A program made the translations under genes and the position numbers. A stretch of 64,000 nucleotides of DNA from Escherichia coli. GTDB lineage: Bacteria > Pseudomonadota > Gammaproteobacteria > Enterobacterales > Enterobacteriaceae. The first letter of the stretch is position 1. Every line of letters begins with the position of its first letter. The notes under the pieces are model-generated. The model saw nothing but the letters and a program-made list of their open reading frames with translations, had not been told where the DNA came from and did not search any database. The stretch lies in assembly GCF_048403405.1 (NCBI RefSeq), contig NZ_CP183129.1; one strand, given 5' to 3'. Of the stretch, positions 24,875 to 34,625 are shown in pieces.

Positions 24875-24917
24875 TATTGATGCTCTCTATTCCTTGATAT
24901 AAGCGCAGAAGCTGCAT

Positions 24918-25601
24918 TTATTTTTTGTTTTTTCGCTGCCGAGTTTCAGCAGGTTGAACAGTGTCGAACTGGAGATTGGCCATATTGATGGACAACTTCA
25001 GATACTTCAGGTTATTAGGCGAAACGCCTTTTAATGTCAGATTAATGTCTTGCCATTGACCAGGCATTAATTGCAGAGTGGAATTCAGGGTGGTGTTGAA
25101 AAGTAATTGTTGCCACTTTGCCAGAGCTTTGGCATCGGCGGGTCTTTCATTGCCCCATGTCGCATGAAAGCCAATATTTGATACGGGAACGCTTAAAAGA
25201 TTAACCAGCGAAATACGAATAACACTGCCATTTTCCACCGCATCAATAGCCAGCACCCGGCCTGCCAAACCGACCGATCCGTTATTTATAATGAAGTATT
25301 GTGTTTGTGCTGGGTTAAATTCTGTAAAGACAAATTCGTCCTGCTTGTCTTTAACCGCTTTCACCACGCCAGCGAGCGTCTTGGTACTATTTATGACAGT
25401 AGTTTGTTGTTTTTCAAAATGTTCTATCTTGCGCTTATCGAGTTCCTGCTGTTTCTCAAGCGCCTCAATTTTGCTTTTTTGCAACTCTTGCTGTGTAACG
25501 AGTTCGTCGACCTTACTCGCTTTTTCAATATAGTCACACCCTGCCAATAAGCAGAGAGGCACTATTATTAACACGCTTAACAGTGTTTTCTTTAGGTTCA
25601 T
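24918..25601 (-). CDS. SadB-like lipoprotein, putative autotransporter biogenesis helper
   Basis: 227 aa; signal peptide with lipobox LLAGC; coiled-coil-prone N-terminal region; stop 43 bp upstream of the autotransporter start, same strand. Confidence 0.65.
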   Translation of the reverse strand: MNLKKTLLSVLIIVPLCLLAGCDYIEKASKVDELVTQQELQKSKIEALEKQQELDKRKIEHFEKQQTTVINSTKTLAGVVKAVKDKQDEFVFTEFNPAQTQYFIINNGSVGLAGRVLAIDAVENGSVIRISLVNLLSVPVSNIGFHATWGNERPADAKALAKWQQLLFNTTLNSTLQLMPGQWQDINLTLKGVSPNNLKYLKLSINMANLQFDTVQPAETRQRKNKK

Positions 25602-26161
25602 AGGATGAATTCCTTTTCATAATCCCGATACGTTGATAATTACAGTACAATCATTTTTTTTATGAATGATTAGAGTGGGGCATATCCGCCAAATAAATTT
25701 GTTAGAGAATTTTTGTATTAATGGGTTGTGCGAATATGTTTTTAAGTGTCAAACAATTTTAGTTTGTAGCCAATAAATAAATTGATCGCGCGGATTTTAA
25801 TGATCGGTGTCAATCAATGTCAAATGTTTCACCGGATAAAGGCCCGGGGCAGGGAAAGATAAATATTCAGTTGAGTGATGTTTTATTGCGAATTTTGCGA
25901 TGCTGATAGAAAAATTTAAATAATTAATTATGTTTCAAGCATTGATATGCGGCAATTCATTGTTAATATTGATACATCATTCTTTAATTTGTACCTGATT
26001 TTCAGAATTTAGCCTGCTCCGGGCGCTCAGAAGTGTAGGTGGAGTTAAATATATAATGTTAAGAACGTTATAAATATTCGATCTCTACAACAGGCTCCTG
26101 CATGTGCCAGCAGGAGCGAGTAAATCGTGAGTGGCTGTAATTACAGCGACGAGAAAGGAAC
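25602..26161. promoter_or_regulatory. AT-rich upstream region of the lipoprotein-autotransporter operon
   Basis: ~560 bp non-coding, strongly AT-rich with A/T tracts, immediately upstream of the lipoprotein gene; nucleoid-protein-bound regions look like this. Confidence 0.45.
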
Positions 26162-26524
26162 TTAAAACGCAGTCTTAGAGAACCCTGTCATCTCTTGTAG
26201 GCCCATTTCGCGGCCCAGCGCGGTCATTGGGTGCACAACGACCAGTCCGCGAACGCTCTTCTTCAGTTTGCCCATATCAGCTTGCTCTTTTTTAGTAATC
26301 GCGCGCTGGAACGGCATCTTCATCAGCTTCTGTGCTTCCTTACTGAGTTTCTGGCTGTGAACTTCGCGCAGGCGAGCAATTTCTGCTTCCAGAGTGGCTT
26401 TCTCTTTTTCCAGTTCAGCATATTTGTCTGCGGCTTCAACCAGCGACAGATCGGCCTGCTGGTGGCGGATGGCGTCCAGGCGATCGCTGAGACGTTTGAT
26501 TTCGTTTTTTTCGACTTCTTTCAT
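26162..26524 (-). CDS. yibL: YibL, small ribosome-associated protein
   Basis: 120 aa; charged coiled-coil N-terminal half; K-12 yibL position. Confidence 0.85.
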
Positions 26525-26807
26525 GTGATGGCTTCTGATAAAGATAAATTTATAGCCCCTAGTATGCGCGACCAGGTGCTTTGTTCACAACTGATGACAT
26601 TGCAATAGTTCTATAACGTAAACATTAACATGCTTAAAAACTACGCAATTTATTGATTAATTAAGAAATTTAAAGAAAAAAGATAGTTAATAGAAACGGA
26701 TGATTATTGAGGATTGAGCACGTTTTCCTTAATGTCATTTATACCGGGATCTAAACTAAAATTGGCGGCCGCGCATTCCCGGCGCGGGGTAATACGGAGA
26801 TATCATC

Positions 26808-27017
26808 ATGGGCAAATTAGGTGAAAACGTTCCGCTTCTTATCGATAAAGCCGTAGATTTCATGGCATCGAGCCAGGCGTTCCGGGAGTATCTGAAAAAA
26901 CTACCTCCCCGTAACGCGATTCCGTCCGGAATACCTGATGAAAGCGTGCCGTTATATCTACAACGTCTGGAGTATTATCGTCGGCTTTATCGGCCGAAGC
27001 AGGTAGAGGGGCAGTAA
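26808..27017 (+). CDS. yibT: Small protein YibT
   Basis: 69 aa; K-12 yibT position between yibL and mtlR. Confidence 0.8.
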
Positions 27018-27038
27018 GCAGGCGTTGCTTACTTTTGG
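27014..27038 (+). terminator. Hairpin plus T-run at yibT stop
   Basis: Stem GTAAGCA/TGCTTAC, loop GGCGT, then TTTTGG; overlaps the convergent mtlR stop. Confidence 0.45.
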
Positions 27039-27616
27039 AAGGCTTTTTTTAAGCTGATTTTGGAAATCAGCTCTGTCAGTGAAAGGACCATTGTTGATCG
27101 CACAGCCTGTTGGTAACGCTGAATTTGCATTGCATACAAACTGGAGTCTGCAGGTTCAAACTGTGGCGGCGGTGGTAACGCCGCCACGCAATGCAGTTCA
27201 CCAAAGGGTCCAAGGATTTCGTCGTCGGTAAACGCGTACTCGTTGCCGTCGTGATTTAGCTCTTCACGCAATGCCATCAGCAGTTCCGCATCTTCGTATT
27301 CCTGGCGGTTAATGACACCCAACCCGTAAATGAGTTTTAAACGCACAGAAAGATCGCCCAGCGGACCGTCGCCGTCGAGTAACGGTTCTACAGCATACTT
27401 CACCGCGTAATCGTCTTTGCGGAATACCTGAAGCACCAGAAGATTTACCGCCTCGGTCAAAAGCTCGACGGCGGTGATCAGAAAGCTTCGCACGGTTTTG
27501 CCAGCATTCAGACGCTCAAGCACACGGTTTTCAAAGGCCTGGGTTTGTTCCATTGTTGCCTGCATATCTGACAATCTGTTATTCGGGCGCAGGGTATCCT
27601 GCGCCTGGTCCACCAT
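27029..27616 (-). CDS. mtlR: Mannitol operon repressor
   Basis: 195 aa; last gene of mtlADR. Confidence 0.9.
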   Translation of the reverse strand: MVDQAQDTLRPNNRLSDMQATMEQTQAFENRVLERLNAGKTVRSFLITAVELLTEAVNLLVLQVFRKDDYAVKYAVEPLLDGDGPLGDLSVRLKLIYGLGVINRQEYEDAELLMALREELNHDGNEYAFTDDEILGPFGELHCVAALPPPPQFEPADSSLYAMQIQRYQQAVRSTMVLSLTELISKISLKKAFQK

Positions 27617-28764
27617 TATTGCATTGCTTTATAAGCGGTTACTGCCTCGGATACAACCTCGCTGTTGGCATCAAGACCGGAAATCTGTGCCAGCGCGGCT
27701 TGTGGGCCTTTGTCGGCAATCAGCGCTGCCAGTTCCTGAGCCTGCGGATCATCTTCACTGCGGAAGTGCATTGCAGCGGCAATACCTTCAATCAGGTTTT
27801 TATGTGGCAGACCATATTCCAGCGTTCCGAGCAGTGGCTTGATCAGACGGTCGCCAGCACTCAGTTTACGCAGCGGCTGACGGCCTACGCGCTCTACATC
27901 ATCTTTCAGATACGGGTTCTCGAAACGACCGAGGATTTTCTGGATGTACGCCGCATGTTTGTCCGCGTCAAAGCCGTAGCGCTTGATCAGTACCGCACCG
28001 CTTTCTTCCATCGCACCTTTTACCACCGCGCGGATTTTCTCGTCGAGAATCGCATCACGAATGGTCTGATGACCGGCCAGTTTTCCGAGGTACGCGGTTA
28101 TAGCATGACCCGTGTTCAGGGTGAAGAGTTTACGTTCGACAAATGCCATTAGGTTGTCGGTTAACTCCATGCCTGGGATGTTCGGCAGCGCGCCTTTGAA
28201 CTGCGTTTTATCAACAATCCATTCGCTGAATGTTTCTACCGTCACTTCCAGCGGATCGTTGGTTGCAGAAGCCGAAGGCGGCACGATGCGGTCAACGGCG
28301 GAATCGACAAAGCCAACGTGTTCTTCTACCCACGCTTTGGCATCTTCCGGCAGGGCGTTCATCACATGGCCTTTCAGCTGCGTGGTGCCGCGTACCATGT
28401 TTTCACAAGCGATGATGTTCAGCGGGGATTCATTACCTTGTTCTTTACGTTTCACCAGCCCTTTGGCGATAGCCGGAGCAATACGTTCCAGCACAACCGG
28501 GCCAACGGCGGTAGTGACTAAATCGACCTGAGCAATCAGATCAACGACATCATCACCAATGCTGCTGACAGCATTGACGCCGGAAACGGTATCTACCTGC
28601 TCGGTTTCACCGACCACATGAACCTGATAGCTATGACGGGCATTCAGGGCATCAAGTACCACCTGATTGACATCGGCAAACGTCAGTTGGATACCCGCGT
28701 CTGCCAGCAGTTTACCGATAAAGCCACGACCGATATTACCTGCGCCAAAATGTAATGCTTTCAT
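27616..28764 (-). CDS. mtlD: Mannitol-1-phosphate 5-dehydrogenase
   Basis: Start trimmed to [17 protein letters not shown] (382 aa); the 443-aa ORF-track entry reads through the intergenic hairpins. Confidence 0.95.
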   Translation of the reverse strand: MKALHFGAGNIGRGFIGKLLADAGIQLTFADVNQVVLDALNARHSYQVHVVGETEQVDTVSGVNAVSSIGDDVVDLIAQVDLVTTAVGPVVLERIAPAIAKGLVKRKEQGNESPLNIIACENMVRGTTQLKGHVMNALPEDAKAWVEEHVGFVDSAVDRIVPPSASATNDPLEVTVETFSEWIVDKTQFKGALPNIPGMELTDNLMAFVERKLFTLNTGHAITAYLGKLAGHQTIRDAILDEKIRAVVKGAMEESGAVLIKRYGFDADKHAAYIQKILGRFENPYLKDDVERVGRQPLRKLSAGDRLIKPLLGTLEYGLPHKNLIEGIAAAMHFRSEDDPQAQELAALIADKGPQAALAQISGLDANSEVVSEAVTAYKAMQ

Positions 28765-28803
28765 AGTATTAACCTTCATCAATGTTTTTACCCGAGAGGG
28801 CTG

Positions 28804-28848
28804 GGGTGAGGCTTTTCCCTCACCCAAACCCTCTCCGTGAGGAGAGGG
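28804..28848. repeat. Two intercistronic stem-loops between mtlA and mtlD
   Basis: GGGTGAGG-CTTTTC-CCTCACCC at 28804-28825 and CCCTCTCC-GTGA-GGAGAGGG at 28829-28848; 8-bp perfect stems. Confidence 0.8.
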
Positions 28849-28858
28849 TAGGATTGGA

Positions 28859-30772
28859 TTACTTACGACCTGCCAGCAGTTCCAGCACTTCATCCACGCT
28901 GGTGGTGTGTGCCAGACGTTCGATGACGGATTCATCATCCAGTGCATTGGTCAGGCTGGTGATAACCTGAATGTGCTCGTTGTTACGGGCAGCAATACCA
29001 ATCACCAGACGGGCAATGTCATCTTCTTCTTCACCGAAGCGCACGCCTTCCGGGTACTGGCAGAACACCACGCCCGTTTTGAGTACGCGATCTTTCGCTT
29101 CAACCGTACCGTGTGGCACCGCGATAGACTCCCCCAGATAAGTCGGGGTCAGTTTTTCACGATCCAGCATCGCCTGAACATATTCCGGCTCAACGTAACC
29201 GCCTTTCACCAGCTGCTCGCCAGCAAAACGAATCGCTTCTTCTTTGGTGGCCGCTTTGCGACCGAGGAAGATGTTCTCCGCGCCTAGCTTGAACAGGTTA
29301 GCACTGGAATCGTCAAAGCTGTCTTTCAGACTGTCTTTCACTTTCACTTCGTTTTCAGTATGGCGCTGAGCAGCAACCAGACGTTCGGTCAGGCTGGTGT
29401 ACAGGCCGCTGTCGAGGAAGTTGGTCAGCGAAATATGCTGTGCCTGCGGAACCTGGCGCATAGCGCGTTCGGTCAGGTCACGGTGAGTGATGACCAGGTC
29501 CACATCTGGCGGCAGGTTGTTGATCGCGCTGTTAGTAACAGAAATCTGCGACAGACCTGCATCCTGAATTTTCTTACGCAGCACGCCTGCGCCCATTGCA
29601 CTGGAACCCATACCGGCATCACAGGCAACGATGATTTTACGTACGTGGCTCAGGTCGTTAGTCACATCGCCCGCAGACAGCGGAGACGCACCTTTAGACT
29701 CAGCTTTCATGTCCTGCATACGACGAGTTGCTGCTTCAATATCATCTTCTTCTTTCACTTTGCTGGTTTTCAGCAAAATAGCAGAGACAACGAAGGAGAC
29801 AGCCATCGCCGCACACACACCCGCGATGTTAGCGAAATAAGCACCTTTTGGTGTCATCGCCAGTACCGCAAGGATAGAACCCGGAGATGCCGGAGAAACC
29901 AGACCACCGCCCAGGATAGTCAGCGTGAACACGCCAGTCATACCACCGAGGATAACGGCCAGAATCAGACGCGGATTCATCAGCACATACGGGAAGTAGA
30001 TTTCGTGGATACCGCCCAGGAAGTGGATGATTGCCGCACCGCCCGCAGACTGTTTAGCGCTACCACGACCAAAGAACATGTACGCCAGCAGCACGCCCAT
30101 ACCCGGACCTGGGTTAGCTTCAATCAGGAAGAAGATGGATTTACCCAGTTCATGGGACTGCTGAATACCCAGCGGCGAGAAGATACCGTGGTTAATGGCG
30201 TTGTTGAGGAACAGGATTTTCGCCGGTTCAACAAAGATAGACGCCAGCGGCAGCATGTCATGGACAACCATGAAGTTAACGCCCGCAGCCAGCATTTTGG
30301 ACAGGGCTTCAACAATCGGGCCAATGCCGAGGAATGCCAGAATAGCGAGGATCATCCCGATGATGCCTGCGGAGAAGTTATTCACCAGCATCTCAAAACC
30401 GGATTTGATCTTACCGTCTACCCAGCGGTCGAAGTGCTTAATGCACCAGCCGCCCAGCGGACCTGCAATCATAGAGCCGAGGAACATCGGCATGTCTGCG
30501 CCGACGATAACGCCCATGGTGGTAATGGCACCGACTACGCCGCCACGTTCGCCGCCTACCAGCTTACCACCGGTATAACCGATCAGCAGCGGCAGGAGAT
30601 AAGTGATCATCGGCCCGACCAGCTTCGCCAGCGTTTCGTTCGGTAACCACCCTGTTGGAATAAATAACGCGGTGATGATACCCCACGCGATAAACGCGCC
30701 GATATTTGGCATCACCATGTTGCTGAGGAAACGACCAAAGCTTTGCACTTTGATCTTAATATCGGATGACAT
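28859..30772 (-). CDS. mtlA: PTS mannitol-specific EIICBA
   Basis: 637 aa; polytopic IIC domain followed by IIB and IIA domains. Confidence 0.95.
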   Translation of the reverse strand: MSSDIKIKVQSFGRFLSNMVMPNIGAFIAWGIITALFIPTGWLPNETLAKLVGPMITYLLPLLIGYTGGKLVGGERGGVVGAITTMGVIVGADMPMFLGSMIAGPLGGWCIKHFDRWVDGKIKSGFEMLVNNFSAGIIGMILAILAFLGIGPIVEALSKMLAAGVNFMVVHDMLPLASIFVEPAKILFLNNAINHGIFSPLGIQQSHELGKSIFFLIEANPGPGMGVLLAYMFFGRGSAKQSAGGAAIIHFLGGIHEIYFPYVLMNPRLILAVILGGMTGVFTLTILGGGLVSPASPGSILAVLAMTPKGAYFANIAGVCAAMAVSFVVSAILLKTSKVKEEDDIEAATRRMQDMKAESKGASPLSAGDVTNDLSHVRKIIVACDAGMGSSAMGAGVLRKKIQDAGLSQISVTNSAINNLPPDVDLVITHRDLTERAMRQVPQAQHISLTNFLDSGLYTSLTERLVAAQRHTENEVKVKDSLKDSFDDSSANLFKLGAENIFLGRKAATKEEAIRFAGEQLVKGGYVEPEYVQAMLDREKLTPTYLGESIAVPHGTVEAKDRVLKTGVVFCQYPEGVRFGEEEDDIARLVIGIAARNNEHIQVITSLTNALDDESVIERLAHTTSVDEVLELLAGRK

Positions 30773-30915
30773 AAAAACACCCCTTCTTATGTTTGCTGTC
30801 GCGCAGGCTGGAAGCCCGAGGTTTTTTGTTAATGTGGCGGCAGAGGTAGCCGGACCTTGTAGATACTGCGAAATCTGGCACTGAATCGGTTAACTGTCCA
30901 GTCGACGGCCTTTTG

Positions 30916-30931
30916 TGTGATATCAGTCACA
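30916..30931. promoter_or_regulatory. CRP site, perfect half-sites
   Basis: TGTGA-TATCAG-TCACA, 144 bp upstream of the mtlA start. Confidence 0.75.
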
Positions 30932-30959
30932 TAAATATAGGGGGTAGAGAGGTAATTGA

Positions 30960-30975
30960 CGTGATGCTCATCACA
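30960..30975. promoter_or_regulatory. CRP-like site, one mismatch
   Basis: cGTGA-TGCTCA-TCACA. Confidence 0.5.
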
Positions 30976-31032
30976 AAACTCTTGTGTAAAAAAGCAACAA
31001 GGCGGCGATTTTCGCTAAAAATGGCATTTAAA

Positions 31033-31048
31033 TGTGAGTGATGTCACA
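31033..31048. promoter_or_regulatory. CRP site, perfect half-sites
   Basis: TGTGA-GTGATG-TCACA. Confidence 0.75.
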
Positions 31049-31076
31049 TTTTTGTTTTGATGGTTTGTTGAATTTT

Positions 31077-31092
31077 TGTGATCTGAATCACA
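31077..31092. promoter_or_regulatory. CRP site, perfect half-sites
   Basis: TGTGA-TCTGAA-TCACA. Confidence 0.75.
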
Positions 31093-31308
31093 AGATATTT
31101 TCTTACGGCGTTCACCTGATGTGATCTACAGCATGTTATGCCTTCGTCATGAAATCGTTATGTAACTAAGCAACTCATCACCTCTTAAAATTATTCTTTG
31201 GTGTTATGGCGAGAATCGCGAACCCGGATTATTGTCAAAATATCAGCCTGACTCCCTTCTGGCTGCCAGCCAAAAAACAACACCGATAAACGTGAATCCG
31301 AGGCAGAT

Positions 31309-31671
31309 ATGTTTCTAAACTATTTCGCGTTGGGAGTGCTGATCTTCGTCTTTCTGGTGATTTTTTATGGAATCATCGCGATACATGACATCCCTTATCT
31401 GATTGCCAAAAAGCGCAACCATCCCCATGCCGACGCTATTCATACGGCGGGCTGGGTGAGCCTGTTTACTCTACATGTTATCTGGCCGTTCCTGTGGATC
31501 TGGGCGACGCTCTATCAACCGGAGCGCGGCTGGGGCATGCAGTCACATGTTGCGTCGCAAGAGAAAGCGACTGACCCGGAAATCGCCGCACTTTCTGACC
31601 GAATTTCCCGGCTGGAGCATCAACTCGCCGCCGAGAAAAAGACTGACTATTCCACGTTCCCGGAGATCTAA
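31309..31671 (+). CDS. yibI: Small inner-membrane protein (DUF3302-like)
   Basis: 120 aa, two TM helices; paralogue of the yiaW product in this window. Confidence 0.85.
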   Translation: MFLNYFALGVLIFVFLVIFYGIIAIHDIPYLIAKKRNHPHADAIHTAGWVSLFTLHVIWPFLWIWATLYQPERGWGMQSHVASQEKATDPEIAALSDRISRLEHQLAAEKKTDYSTFPEI

Positions 31672-31673
31672 AT

Positions 31674-32810
31674 ATGGATCTATTGATTGTTTTAACTTAC
31701 GTGGCGCTGGCGTGGGCGGTCTTTAAAATCTTCCGCATTCCGGTGAATCAGTGGACGCTGGCGACGGCGGCGCTGGGAGGCGTGTTTCTGGTGAGTGGTT
31801 TGATTTTGTTGATGAACTACAACCACCCTTACACTTTTACCGCGCAAAAGGCAGTGATAGCGATCCCCATCACGCCACAGGTGACGGGAATTGTTACTGA
31901 AGTCACTGACAAGAATAATCAGCTTATTCAAAAGGGCGAGGTGCTTTTTAAACTCGACCCGGTTCGTTACCAGGCGCGAGTTGACAGACTTCAGGCTGAC
32001 CTGATGACGGCGACGCATAATATAAAGACGCTGCGCGCGCAGCTCTCTGAAGCGCAGGCCAACACCACCCAGGTTTCAGCGGAGCGCGACCGTCTGTTTA
32101 AAAATTATCAACGTTATCTGAAAGGCAGCCAGGCGGCGGTGAATCCGTTCTCGGAACGTGACATCGACGATGCGCGGCAAAACTTCCTCGCGCAGGACGC
32201 GCTGGTGAAAGGCTCGGTGGCGGAGCAGGCGCAGATCCAGAGCCAGCTCGACAGTATGGTTAACGGCGAGCAATCGCAGATTGTGAGCTTAAGAGCGCAA
32301 CTTACTGAAGCAAAATATAACCTTGAGCAGACTGTCATTCGCGCGCCGAGCAATGGCTACGTTACTCAGGTACTGATCCGCCCAGGTACATACGCAGCTG
32401 CCTTGCCGTTGCGTCCGGTGATGGTTTTCATCCCCGAGCAAAAACGGCAAATTGTCGCCCAATTTCGGCAAAACTCGCTGTTACGTCTGAAACCCGGCGA
32501 TGATGCGGAAGTGGTGTTTAACGCGCTACCTGGGCAGGTGTTCCACGGCAAACTGACTAGCATTTTACCTGTCGTGCCAGGCGGTTCTTATCAGGCGCAG
32601 GGGGTATTGCAATCATTAACGGTCGTGCCCGGCACGGACGGTGTGCTGGGAACCATTGAACTGGACCCTAACGATGATATCGATGCCTTACCCGACGGCA
32701 TCTACGCCCAGGTGGCGGTTTACTCCGACCATTTCAGCCATGTTTCGGTGATGCGGAAAGTGCTGCTAAGAATGACCAGCTGGATGCATTATCTTTATTT
32801 GGATCATTGA
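31674..32810 (+). CDS. yibH: HlyD-family membrane-fusion-like protein
   Basis: 378 aa; N-terminal TM helix, coiled coil, beta-barrel region; 3 bp after yibI; paralogue of yiaV. Confidence 0.85.
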   Translation: MDLLIVLTYVALAWAVFKIFRIPVNQWTLATAALGGVFLVSGLILLMNYNHPYTFTAQKAVIAIPITPQVTGIVTEVTDKNNQLIQKGEVLFKLDPVRYQARVDRLQADLMTATHNIKTLRAQLSEAQANTTQVSAERDRLFKNYQRYLKGSQAAVNPFSERDIDDARQNFLAQDALVKGSVAEQAQIQSQLDSMVNGEQSQIVSLRAQLTEAKYNLEQTVIRAPSNGYVTQVLIRPGTYAAALPLRPVMVFIPEQKRQIVAQFRQNSLLRLKPGDDAEVVFNALPGQVFHGKLTSILPVVPGGSYQAQGVLQSLTVVPGTDGVLGTIELDPNDDIDALPDGIYAQVAVYSDHFSHVSVMRKVLLRMTSWMHYLYLDH

Positions 32811-33267
32811 GGGGGGCGGGGGAGATTATGGAACTTTGCTCCCTGCAAGGACTAATTATTTTTGCATATTATTTCATCGGCTGTGATGATTTTTCGTTAA
32901 TATCCATTATGTTAAGAAGTTCGGGATGAGTGTGAACTCATTGGATTTTTTATCCGTCTTGATCTGCCGAAGGATCAGACTATACATTGTCGAGATCGCA
33001 ATGATGATATGAGTTGTTCCTCTGCCACGGCTCTAATCAAAAAAGAGCAGGAGTGCTTTTCCATCTATTGCGATGATGGCTTTATTATCTGAAGGATGAC
33101 AGTCACATTTAAAAATATTTAATTTATAGATCACAATGTAGGTTCATGTAATATATGTATACAACTATTTTTCTCTTCACTTTTAATTATCGTATTCATT
33201 ATAACACTAAGTTAAAAAAACTCCTGGAGAGTGAGTTATTAATATGTTTTTAAATATAATTAAGTTA

Positions 33268-33789
33268 TTATTCATCGATGCATTTTATAGAATCATCAAT
33301 GGCTACAATAGTACTATTAACTCTCCAATTTATATTTTTATTATCATTGCAAATATTAACTGAATCTATATCAATGATTTTTTTATTTTTATCTTTTATT
33401 TTGTTTACAGTTTCAATGCAATCAGCGACAAGTTGGTGTGGATTTAGATTCTTCAGATATGGTCTTATGATCTTTCCCTTGCTTAATAAATAGCATGTAT
33501 AGGATTCGGAAAGTCCAGCATCTATTTTGTACATCATTATTCTAGATAAGGATGTGAGAAATGCCTTGTTATCATTAGCAGCCATATATGCCAGTCCGAG
33601 TTCAGCCTCTGCGGCTTTACATGAAAAATAGCTAAGTGAACACGCTTTTCGTCCCTCTTGGGTACTGGCTGATATTAGTGCCCATAATATTGCCTTGTCT
33701 GCCAAATCCAACTCTCTCTGAAATTGGTTTACAGTAACTGCATTCGCAGAAATAGAGAAGAAAAGCACAATTGTTAATAACCTTGTCAT
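33268..33789 (-). CDS. Exported Cys-containing protein of unknown function (candidate orphan immunity protein)
   Basis: 173 aa; signal peptide with likely cleavage after ANA; 7 Cys; very AT-rich gene between the Rhs module and yibH. Confidence 0.5.
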   Translation of the reverse strand: MTRLLTIVLFFSISANAVTVNQFQRELDLADKAILWALISASTQEGRKACSLSYFSCKAAEAELGLAYMAANDNKAFLTSLSRIMMYKIDAGLSESYTCYLLSKGKIIRPYLKNLNPHQLVADCIETVNKIKDKNKKIIDIDSVNICNDNKNINWRVNSTIVAIDDSIKCIDE

Positions 33790-34157
33790 ATTTCTAGTCC
33801 GTCACTGTTAATGTGCTATCTGGCTCTGAAAATATTAGCTCATTTAATTTTTGCATGTCATTAGATGAACCAGTTATACAACCCTCGGAACAGAATCGAG
33901 GTCCTAAAGATGGACCAAAAGCGTTTAAACAACTATGTGTTAAAAATCCATCACGATTATACGTTTCTGTATTTGCTGACGGTACTAAACGTATACCATT
34001 AGGTTTTCTATTGGTTGCTCCAGGACTGTTAAGCAAGCCTCGTCCGGTTTGCTTCATTGAGTTCTCCACTTTAGACTATTGGACTATCTTTCAACATGGC
34101 ATCGCCTTAGTATACCGCTGGTTTTCCGCTCATTGTTAATTTTCTCTTTCGTTCATT

Positions 34158-34568
34158 TCACTTAATTTTCAGTTTTTTCCAAAAGTCAATATTCCCTTCT
34201 AATAAAATTTTTTCTATGGAATCTTCATTAATTTTATTATTAGAGCATATGACATTATCTTGAACGCCATATGACACCACCCCGTTTTTATCAATATAAT
34301 ATCTGTCTTTACCATCAATAATATAAATCCTAACATTTTTATCATCAAAATGGTAACACTCATTACTAGACCTGTTCAGTAACATTAATAACTTCTCACG
34401 ATTTATCTGTAATAATTTTTGTGCACCATCTTTTATTGCAAAATTTTCAATTTTACTTTTAGTGACAGGGGAATATGTTTGGATGCGAAAAGGCATCCTA
34501 TAATGGAAAACATCAGCTATACAGCAAGATGAAAAAAATACGGAAATAAAATACAGACATACTTTCAT
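34158..34568 (-). CDS. Putative exported immunity protein cognate to the Rhs C-terminal toxin
   Basis: 136 aa; hydrophobic N-terminus MKVCLYFISVFFSSCC; starts 57 bp after the rhs stop, same strand, with GGAG RBS; AT-rich like the rhs tip. Confidence 0.55.
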   Translation of the reverse strand: MKVCLYFISVFFSSCCIADVFHYRMPFRIQTYSPVTKSKIENFAIKDGAQKLLQINREKLLMLLNRSSNECYHFDDKNVRIYIIDGKDRYYIDKNGVVSYGVQDNVICSNNKINEDSIEKILLEGNIDFWKKLKIK

Positions 34569-34625
34569 ACCATCTCCTAAACTGGTGATATATTAAAAAC
34601 ATACCCAAAAGCAATATAAAAATGT

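Noticed and set aside
27616-28947. 443-aa ORF-track version of mtlD extending into the mtlA-mtlD spacer, and similar N-extensions of gpmM, aldB, envC, lldR, lldP, sgbU, yiaW and the GH127 gene
   Set aside because: The extensions lack RBS support and run through intergenic hairpins or upstream genes; internal starts give the canonical protein lengths.
29360-30646. 428-aa plus-strand ORF inside mtlA
   Set aside because: Antisense to a well-supported PTS permease gene; Arg/His-rich low-complexity translation.
33794-34139. Overlapping 91-aa (minus) and 108-aa (plus) ORFs between the two exported-protein genes
   Set aside because: Neither has a recognisable family or a convincing start; kept only as a possible toxin-remnant region in the findings, not as genes.
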